UHGV virus genome: UHGV-1629802 | Length of the DNA stretch: 10,601 bases | Origin: a virus | Strand: one strand, 5' to 3' | Shown here: positions 1-8,439 of the stretch, one piece after another | Position numbering within the stretch: the first letter of the stretch is position 1 | How the letters are laid out: the number at the start of each line of letters is the position of its first letter | Program-made: the position numbers and the translations under genes | The notes under the pieces: model-generated | Database searches by the model: none | What the model saw: only the letters and a program-made list of their open reading frames with translations | Told to the model about the DNA's origin: nothing

Positions 1-23
1 CGTCAGATGTGTATAAGAGACAG
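1..23. other. Nextera/Tn5 mosaic-end adapter remnant (CGTC + AGATGTGTATAAGAGACAG), not phage sequence
   Basis: Bases 5-23 read AGATGTGTATAAGAGACAG, the 19-bp Tn5 mosaic end used in tagmentation libraries. The preceding CGTC matches the 3' end of the Nextera read-1 adapter. Lambda-like coding sequence begins at base 24. Confidence 0.85.
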
Positions 24-2311
<2,288 letters not shown>

Positions 2312-2331
<20 letters not shown>

Positions 2332-3631
2332 TCTCCCGCATATTGCCAGCATGGCCTTTAATGAGCCGCTGATGCTTGAACCCGCCTATGCGCGGGTTTT
2401 CTTTTGTGCGCTTGCAGGCCAGCTTGGGATCAGCCGCCTGACGGATGCGGTGTCCGGCGACAGCCTGACTGCCCAGGAGGCACTCGCGACGCTGGCATTA
2501 TCCGGTGATGATGACGGACCACGACAGGCCCGCAGTTATCAGGTCATGAACGGCATCGCCGTGCTGCCGGTGTCCGGCACGCTGGTCAGCCGGACGCGGG
2601 CGCTGCAGCCGTACTCGGGGATGACCGGTTACAACGGCATTATCGCCCGTCTGCAACAGGCTGCCAGCGATCCGATGGTGGACGGCATTCTGCTCGATAT
2701 GGACACGCCCGGCGGGATGGTGGCGGGGGCATTTGACTGCGCTGACATCATCGCCCGTGTGCGTGACATAAAACCGGTATGGGCGCTTGCCAACGACATG
2801 AACTGCAGTGCAGGTCAGTTGCTTGCCAGTGCCGCCTCCCGGCGTCTGGTCACGCAGACCGCCCGGACAGGCTCCATCGGCGTCATGATGGCTCACAGTA
2901 ATTACGGTGCTGCGCTGGAGAAACAGGGTGTGGAAATCACGCTGATTTACAGCGGCAGCCATAAGGTGGATGGCAACCCCTACAGCCATCTTCCGGATGA
3001 CGTCCGGGAAACACTGCAGTCCCGGATGGACGCAACCCGCCAGATGTTTGCGCAGAAGGTGTCGGCATATACCGGCCTGTCCGTGCAGGCTGTGCTGGAT
3101 ACCGAGGCTGCAGTGTACAGCGGTCAGGAGGCCATTGATGCCGGAATGGCTGATGAACTTGTTAACAGTACCGATGCGATCACCGTCATGCGTGATGCAC
3201 TGGATGCACGTAAATCCCGTCTCTCAGGAGGGCGAATGACCAAAGAGACTCAATCAACAACTGTTTCAGCCACTGCTTCGCAGGCTGACGTTACTGGCGT
3301 GGTGCAAGCGACGGAGGGCGAGAACGCCAGCGCTGCGCAGCCGGACGTGAACGCGCAGATCACCGCAGCGGTTGCGGCAGAAAACAGTCGCATTATGGGG
3401 ATCCTCAACTGTGAGGAGGCTCACGGACGCGAAGAACAGGCACGCGTGCTGGCCGAAACCCCCGGTATGACCGTGGAAACGGCCCGCCGCATTCTGGCCG
3501 CAGCACCACAGAGTGCACAGGCGCGCAGTGACACTGCGCTGGATCGTCTGATGCAGGGGGCACCGGCACCGCTGGCTGCAGGTAACCCGGCATCTGATGC
3601 CGTTAACGATTTGCTGAACACACCAGTGTAA
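2312..3631 (+). CDS. C: Prohead protease / minor capsid protein gpC (439 aa, S49/ClpP-like), GTG start
   Basis: GTG at 2312 preceded by GGAGGAG at 2301-2307. Translation begins (M)TAELRNLPHIASMAFNEPLMLEP..., the lambda gpC N-terminus. The ORF track's 2177 start is an in-frame upstream extension inside B. C overlaps the B 3' end by 20 nt. Confidence 0.9.
3026..3631 (+). CDS. nu3: Capsid scaffolding protein gpNu3 (201 aa), internal in-frame start within C sharing the C stop
   Basis: ATG at 3026 is in frame with C (3026-2312 = 714 = 238 codons) and gives MDATRQMFAQKVSAYTGL... through the C stop. This nested arrangement is the established lambda C/Nu3 organisation. The start cannot be distinguished from sequence alone. 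Confidence 0.8.
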   Translation: MDATRQMFAQKVSAYTGLSVQAVLDTEAAVYSGQEAIDAGMADELVNSTDAITVMRDALDARKSRLSGGRMTKETQSTTVSATASQADVTGVVQATEGENASAAQPDVNAQITAAVAAENSRIMGILNCEEAHGREEQARVLAETPGMTVETARRILAAAPQSAQARSDTALDRLMQGAPAPLAAGNPASDAVNDLLNTPV

Positions 3632-3640
3632 GGGATGTTT

Positions 3641-3973
3641 ATGACGAGCAAAGAAACCTTTACCCATTACCAGCCGCTGGGCAACAGTGACCCGGCACAT
3701 ACGGCAACCGCGCCCGGCGGATTGAGTGCGAAAGCGCCTGCAATGACCCCGCTGATGCTGGATACCTCCACCCGTAAGCTGGTTGCGTGGGATGGCACCA
3801 CCGACGGTGCTGCCGTTGGCATTCTGGCGGTTGATGCTGACCAGACCAGCACCACGCTGACGTTCTACAAGTCCGGCACGTTCCGTTATGAGGATGTGCT
3901 CTGGCCGGAGGCTGCCAGCGACGAGACGAAAAAACGGACCGCGTTTGCCGGAACGGCAATCAGCATCGTTTAA
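3641..3973 (+). CDS. D: Head decoration protein gpD (110 aa)
   Basis: ATG at 3641 with AAGGG at 3630-3634. Translation [12 protein letters not shown]...[11 protein letters not shown] is recognised as gpD. The ORF-track start at 3635 sits too close to the ribosome-binding site. Confidence 0.93.
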   Translation: MTSKETFTHYQPLGNSDPAHTATAPGGLSAKAPAMTPLMLDTSTRKLVAWDGTTDGAAVGILAVDADQTSTTLTFYKSGTFRYEDVLWPEAASDETKKRTAFAGTAISIV

Positions 3974-3990
3974 CTTTACCCTTCATCACT

Positions 3991-4015
3991 AAAGGCCGCC
4001 TGTGCGGCTTTTTTT
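3991..4015 (+). terminator. Terminator-like hairpin in the D-E gap: stem GCCGC / loop CTGT / stem GCGGC followed by T7
   Basis: Sequence AAAG-GCCGC-CTGT-GCGGC-TTTTTTT read directly. It has a 5-bp GC stem extendable through A:U and G:U pairs and a 7-T tract, and lies between the D stop (3971-3973) and the E start (4029). Confidence 0.5.
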
Positions 4016-4028
4016 ACGGGATTTTTTT

Positions 4029-5054
4029 ATGTCGATGTACACAACCGCCCAGCTGCTGGCGGCAAATGAGCAGAAATTTAAGTTTGATCCGCTGTTTCTG
4101 CGTCTCTTTTTCCGTGAGAGCTATCCCTTCACTACGGAGAAAGTCTATCTCTCACAAATTCCGGGACTGGTAAACATGGCGCTGTACGTTTCGCCGATTG
4201 TTTCCGGTGAGGTTATCCGTTCCCGTGGCGGCTCCACCTCTGAATTTACGCCGGGATATGTCAAACCCAAGCATGAAGTGAATCCGCAGATGACCCTGCG
4301 TCGCCTGCCGGATGAAGATCCGCAGAATCTGGCGGACCCGGCTTACCGCCGCCGTCGCATCATCCTGCAGAACATGCGTGACGAAGAGCTGGCCATTGCT
4401 CAGGTCGAAGAGATGCAGGCAGTTTCTGCCGTGCTCAAGGGCAAATACACCATGACCGGTGAAGCCTTCGATCCGGTTGAGGTGGATATGGGCCGCAGTG
4501 CGGCGAACAACATCACGCAGTCCGGCGGCACGGAGTGGAGCAAGCGTGACAAGTCCACGTATGACCCGACCGACGATATCGAAGCCTACGCGCTGAACGC
4601 CAGCGGCGTGGTGAATATCATCGTGTTTGATCCGAAAGGCTGGGCGCTGTTCCGTTCCTTCAAAGCCGTCAGGGAGAAGCTGGATACCCGTCGCGGCTCT
4701 CATTCCGAGCTGGAGACAGCGGTGAAAGACCTGGGTAAAGCGGTGTCCTATAAGGGGATGTATGGCGATGTGGCCATCGTCGTGTATTCCGGACAGTACG
4801 TGGAAAACGGCGTCAAAAAGAACTTCCTGCCGGACAACACGATGGTACTGGGGAACACTCAGGCACGCGGTCTGCGCACCTATGGCTGCATTCAGGATGC
4901 GGACGCACAGCGCGAAGGCATTAACGCCTCTGCCCGTTACCCGAAAAACTGGGTGACCACCGGCGATCCGGCGCGTGAGTTCACCATGATTCAGTCAGCA
5001 CCGCTGATGCTGCTGGCTGACCCTGATGAGTTCGTTTCCGTACAACTGGCGTAA
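4029..5054 (+). CDS. E: Major capsid protein gpE (341 aa)
   Basis: ATG at 4029 gives MSMYTTAQLLAANEQKFKFDPLFLRLFF...DPDEFVSVQLA, recognised as lambda gpE. The ORF-track start at 4002 is a GTG inside the upstream hairpin and is rejected. Confidence 0.94.
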   Translation: MSMYTTAQLLAANEQKFKFDPLFLRLFFRESYPFTTEKVYLSQIPGLVNMALYVSPIVSGEVIRSRGGSTSEFTPGYVKPKHEVNPQMTLRRLPDEDPQNLADPAYRRRRIILQNMRDEELAIAQVEEMQAVSAVLKGKYTMTGEAFDPVEVDMGRSAANNITQSGGTEWSKRDKSTYDPTDDIEAYALNASGVVNIIVFDPKGWALFRSFKAVREKLDTRRGSHSELETAVKDLGKAVSYKGMYGDVAIVVYSGQYVENGVKKNFLPDNTMVLGNTQARGLRTYGCIQDADAQREGINASARYPKNWVTTGDPAREFTMIQSAPLMLLADPDEFVSVQLA

Positions 5055-5058
5055 TCGT

Positions 5059-5083
5059 GGCCCTTCGGGGCCATTTTCTCTCT
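5059..5083 (+). terminator. Hairpin just after the E stop: GGCCC-TTCG-GGGCC (UUCG tetraloop) followed by AUUUUCUCUCU
   Basis: Perfect 5-bp GC stem with a TTCG loop at 5059-5072, followed by a U-rich tract at 5073-5083. It lies in the 41-nt E-FI gap. Confidence 0.45.
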
Positions 5084-5095
5084 GTGGAGGAGTTC

Positions 5096-5491
5096 ATGAC
5101 GAAAGATGAACTGATTGCCCGTCTTCAGGAGCTGGGTGAGCAACTGAACCGCGATGTCAGTTTGACGGGAACGAAAGAAGAACTGGCGCTCCGTGTGGCA
5201 GAGCTGGAAGAGGAGCTTGATGACACGGATGACACTGCCGATCAGGATACCCCTATCAGCCCGGAAAATGCGCTGACCGGACATGAAAATGAGGTTGTAT
5301 CAGCGCAGCCGGATACCGTAACTGATACGGCTGATCTGGTCACGGTTGTGGCACTGGTGACGCTGCATACTGATGCACTTCACGCCACGCGGGATGAACC
5401 TGTGGCATTTGTGCTTCCGGGAACGGCGTTTCGTGTCTCTGTCGGTGTGGCAGCTGAAATGACAGAGCGTGGTCTGGCCAGAATGCAATAA
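5096..5491 (+). CDS. FI: DNA packaging / head assembly accessory protein gpFI (131 aa here)
   Basis: ATG at 5096 preceded by GGAGG at 5086-5090. Translation MTKDELIARLQELGEQLNRDVSLTGTKEELALRVAELEEELDD... is recognised as lambda FI. The ORF-track start at 5057 is an upstream over-extension. Confidence 0.9.
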   Translation: MTKDELIARLQELGEQLNRDVSLTGTKEELALRVAELEEELDDTDDTADQDTPISPENALTGHENEVVSAQPDTVTDTADLVTVVALVTLHTDALHATRDEPVAFVLPGTAFRVSVGVAAEMTERGLARMQ

Positions 5492-5502
5492 CGGGAGGCG
5501 CT

Positions 5503-5856
5503 GTGGCTGATTTCGATAACCTGTTCGATGCTGCCATTGCCCGCGCCGATGAAACGATACGCAGGTACATGGGAACGTCAGCCACCATGACATCCGGTGA
5601 GCAGTCCGGTGCAGTGATACGTGGTGTTTTTGATGACCCTGAAAATATCAGCTATGCCGGACCGGGCGTGCGTGTTGAAGGCTCCAGCCCGTCCCTGTTT
5701 GTCCGGACTGATGATGTGCGGCAGCTGCGGCGCGGAGACACGCTGACCATCGGTGAGGAAAACTTCTGGATAGACCGGATTTCGCCGGATGATGGCGGAA
5801 GTTGTTATCTCTGGCTTGGGCGTGGCGCGCCGCCTGCCGTTAACCGTCGTCGCTGA
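5503..5856 (+). CDS. FII: Head-tail connector protein gpFII (117 aa), GTG start
   Basis: GTG at 5503 preceded by GGGAGG at 5493-5498. Translation (M)ADFDNLFDAAIARADETIRRYMGTSATMTSGEQSGAVIRGVFDDPENISY... is recognised as gpFII. Confidence 0.9.
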   Translation: MADFDNLFDAAIARADETIRRYMGTSATMTSGEQSGAVIRGVFDDPENISYAGPGVRVEGSSPSLFVRTDDVRQLRRGDTLTIGEENFWIDRISPDDGGSCYLWLGRGAPPAVNRRR

Positions 5857-5866
5857 AAGGGGATGT

Positions 5867-6445
5867 ATGGTCATAAGAGGTCTTGAGCAGGCCGTTGGGA
5901 ACCTCAGCCGTATCAGCAAAAAAGCAGTGCCCGGCGCCGCCGCAATGGCCATTAACCGCGTTGCTTCATCCGCGATATCGCAGTCGGCGATACAGGTTGC
6001 CCGTGAGACAAAGGTACGCCGGAAACTGGTAAAGGAAAGGGCCAGGCTGAAAAGGGCAACGGTCAAAAACCCGCTGGCCAGAATCAGGGTTAACCGGGGG
6101 GATTTGCCCGTAATCAGGCTGGGTAACGCGCGGGTTGTCCTGTCCCGACGCAGGCGTCGTAAAAAGGGGCAGCGTTCAGCCCTGAAAGGTGGCGGCAGCG
6201 TGCTTGTGGTGGGAAACCGTCGTATTCCCGGCGCGTTTATTCAGCAACTGAAAAATGGCAGGTGGCATGTCATGCAGCGTGTGGCCGGGAAAAACCGTTA
6301 CCCCATTGATGTGGTGAAAATCCCGATGGCGGTGCCGCTGACCACGGCGTTTAAACAGAATATTGAGCGGATACGGCGTGAGCGTCTTCCGAAAGAGCTG
6401 GGCTATGCGCTGCAGCATCAACTGAGGATGGTAATAAAGCGATGA
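5867..6445 (+). CDS. Z: Tail completion protein gpZ (192 aa)
   Basis: ATG at 5867 gives MVIRGLEQAVGNLSRISKKAVPGAAAMAINRVASSAISQ...[10 protein letters not shown], recognised as gpZ. The ORF-track start at 5789 overlaps FII and is rejected. Stop overlaps the U start (ATGA at 6442-6445). Confidence 0.88.
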   Translation: MVIRGLEQAVGNLSRISKKAVPGAAAMAINRVASSAISQSAIQVARETKVRRKLVKERARLKRATVKNPLARIRVNRGDLPVIRLGNARVVLSRRRRRKKGQRSALKGGGSVLVVGNRRIPGAFIQQLKNGRWHVMQRVAGKNRYPIDVVKIPMAVPLTTAFKQNIERIRRERLPKELGYALQHQLRMVIKR

Positions 6446-6837
6446 AACATACTGAACTCCGTGCAGCCGTACTGGATGCACTGGAGAAGCATGACACCGG
6501 GGCGACGTTTTTTGATGGTCGCCCCGCTGTTTTTGATGAGGCGGATTTTCCGGCAGTTGCCGTTTATCTCACCGGCGCTGAATACACGGGCGAAGAGCTG
6601 GACAGCGATACCTGGCAGGCGGAGCTGCATATCGAAGTTTTCCTGCCTGCTCAGGTGCCGGATTCAGAGCTGGATGCGTGGATGGAGTCCCGGATTTATC
6701 CGGTGATGAGCGATGTCCCGGCACTGTCAGATTTGATCACCAGTATGGTGGCCAGTGGCTATGACTACCGGCGCGACGATGATGCGGGCCTGTGGAGTTC
6801 TGCCGATCTGACTTATGTCATTACCTATGAAATGTGA
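6442..6837 (+). CDS. U: Tail terminator protein gpU (131 aa)
   Basis: ORF 6442..6837 translating [48 protein letters not shown]..., recognised as lambda gpU. Start is coupled to the Z stop. Confidence 0.93.
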   Translation: MKHTELRAAVLDALEKHDTGATFFDGRPAVFDEADFPAVAVYLTGAEYTGEELDSDTWQAELHIEVFLPAQVPDSELDAWMESRIYPVMSDVPALSDLITSMVASGYDYRRDDDAGLWSSADLTYVITYEM

Positions 6838-6844
6838 GGACGAT

Positions 6845-7585
6845 ATGCCTGTACCAAATCCAGTAATGCCGGTGAAAGGGGCCGGAACCACCCTGTGGGT
6901 TTATAACGGGAGCGGCGACCCTTATGCGAACCCGCTTTCAGACAATGACTGGTCGCGTCTGGCAAAAGTTAAAGACCTGACGCCCGGCGAACTGACCGCG
7001 GAGTCCTATGACGACAGCTATCTCGATGATGAAGATGCGGACTGGACTGCGACCGGGCAGGGGCAGAAATCCGCCGGTGATACCAGCTTCACGCTGGCGT
7101 GGATGCCCGGAGAGCAGGGGCAGCAGGCGCTGCTGGCGTGGTTTAATGAAGGTGATACCCGTGCTTATAAAATCCGCTTCCCGAACGGCACGGTCGATGT
7201 GTTCCGTGGCTGGGTCAGCAGTATCGGTAAGGCGGTGACGGCGAAGGAAGTGATCACCCGCACGGTGAAGGTCACCAATGTGGGACGACCGTCGATGGCT
7301 GAAGATCGCAGTACGGTGACGGCGGCAACCGGCATGACGGTAACGCCAGCCAGTGCTTCCGTGGTGAAAGGGCAGAGCACCACGCTGACCGTGGCATTCC
7401 AGCCGGAAGGCGTAACTAACAAGAGCTTCCGTGCGGTGTCTGCGGATAAAACAAAAGCCACCGTGTCGGTCAGTGGTATGACCATCACCGTGAAGGGCGT
7501 TGCTGCAGGTAAGGTCAACATTCCGGTTGTATCCGGTAATGGTGAGTTTGCTGCGGTTGCAGAAATCACCGTCACCGCCAGTTAA
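6845..7585 (+). CDS. V: Major tail tube protein gpV (246 aa) with C-terminal Ig-like (Big_2) domain
   Basis: ATG at 6845 preceded by GAGGA at 6836-6840. Translation [33 protein letters not shown]...[14 protein letters not shown] is recognised as gpV. The ORF-track start at 6815 overlaps U and is rejected. Confidence 0.93.
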   Translation: MPVPNPVMPVKGAGTTLWVYNGSGDPYANPLSDNDWSRLAKVKDLTPGELTAESYDDSYLDDEDADWTATGQGQKSAGDTSFTLAWMPGEQGQQALLAWFNEGDTRAYKIRFPNGTVDVFRGWVSSIGKAVTAKEVITRTVKVTNVGRPSMAEDRSTVTAATGMTVTPASASVVKGQSTTLTVAFQPEGVTNKSFRAVSADKTKATVSVSGMTITVKGVAAGKVNIPVVSGNGEFAAVAEITVTAS

Positions 7586-7600
7586 TCCGGAGAGTCAGCG

Positions 7601-8023
7601 ATGTTCCTGAAAACCGAATCATTTGAATATAACGGCGTGACCGTCACGCTTTCTGAACTGTCAGCCCTGCAGCGTATTGAGCATCTTGCCCTGATGAAAC
7701 GGCAGGCAGAACCGGCGGGATCCGACAGCAACCGGCAGGTTACTGTGGAAGACGTCATCAGAACCGGCGCGTTTCTGGTGGCGATGTCCCTGTGGCATAA
7801 CCATCCGAAGAAGACGCAGATGCCGTCCATGAATGAAGCCGTTAAACAGATTGAGCAGGAAGTGCTTACCACCTGGCCCACAGAGGCAATTTCTCATGCT
7901 GAAAACGTGGTGTACCGGCTGTCCGGTATGTATGAGTTTGTGGTGAATAATGCCCCCGAACAGGCAGAGGACGCCGGGCCTGCAGAGCCTGTTTCTGCGG
8001 GAAAGTGTTCGACGGTGAGCTGA
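7601..8023 (+). CDS. G: Tail assembly chaperone gpG (140 aa)
   Basis: ATG at 7601 gives MFLKTESFEYNGVTVTLSELSALQRIEHLALMKRQAE...PVSAGKCSTVS, recognised as gpG. Stop TGA at 8021-8023. Confidence 0.93.
   Translation: MFLKTESFEYNGVTVTLSELSALQRIEHLALMKRQAEPAGSDSNRQVTVEDVIRTGAFLVAMSLWHNHPKKTQMPSMNEAVKQIEQEVLTTWPTEAISHAENVVYRLSGMYEFVVNNAPEQAEDAGPAEPVSAGKCSTVS
7999..8005 (+). promoter_or_regulatory. Programmed -1 ribosomal frameshift slippery heptamer G GGA AAG (G frame), producing the G-T fusion
   Basis: GGGAAAG at 7999-8005, read in the G frame as GCG GGA AAG TGT. A -1 slip gives GGG AAA GTG TTC GAC..., which continues into the T frame (8005..8439). This is the established lambda G/GT recoding site. 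Confidence 0.88.
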
Positions 8024-8439
8024 GTTTTGCCCTGAAACTGGCGCGTGAGATGGGGCGACCCGACTGGCGCGCCATGCTTGCCGGGATGTCATCCACGGAG
8101 TATGCCGACTGGCACCGCTTTTACAGTACCCATTATTTTCATGATGTTCTGCTGGATATGCACTTTTCCGGGCTGACGTACACCGTGCTCAGCCTGTTTT
8201 TCAGCGATCCGGATATGCATCCGCTGGATTTCAGTCTGCTGAACCGGTGTGAGGCTGACGAAGAGCCTGAAGGTGATGTGCTGATGCAGAAAGCGGCAGG
8301 GCTTGCCGGAGGTGTTCGTTTTGGTCCGGACGGGAATGAAGTTATCCCCGCCTCCCCGGATGTGGCGGACATGACGGAGGATGACGTAATGCTGATGACA
8401 GTATCAGAAGGGATCGCAGGAGGAGTCCGGTATGGCTGA
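8005..8439 (+). CDS. T: gpT segment of the tail assembly chaperone, expressed only as the gpG-T fusion (7601..8004 joined to the -1 frame through 8439)
   Basis: ORF 8005..8439 in the -1 frame relative to G, translating (V)FDGELSFALKLAREMGRPDWRAMLAGMSSTEYADWHRFYS..., recognised as lambda T. It has no independent initiation signal and the slippery site lies immediately upstream. Confidence 0.88.
   Translation: MFDGELSFALKLAREMGRPDWRAMLAGMSSTEYADWHRFYSTHYFHDVLLDMHFSGLTYTVLSLFFSDPDMHPLDFSLLNRCEADEEPEGDVLMQKAAGLAGGVRFGPDGNEVIPASPDVADMTEDDVMLMTVSEGIAGGVRYG

Noticed and set aside
2498-2989. Minus-strand ORF of 163 aa inside C
   Set aside because: It is antisense to the gpC protease gene, with a low-complexity His/Gly/Arg-rich translation and no lambda counterpart.
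4152-4703. Minus-strand ORF of 183 aa inside E
   Set aside because: It is antisense to the major capsid gene, and no antisense gene is known or supported there.
5789-5866. Upstream over-extensions of ORF-track starts for Z (5789), V (6815), FI (5057), E (4002) and D (3635)
   Set aside because: Each extension overlaps the preceding gene or a hairpin. The downstream starts have appropriately spaced Shine-Dalgarno motifs and match the lambda protein N-termini.
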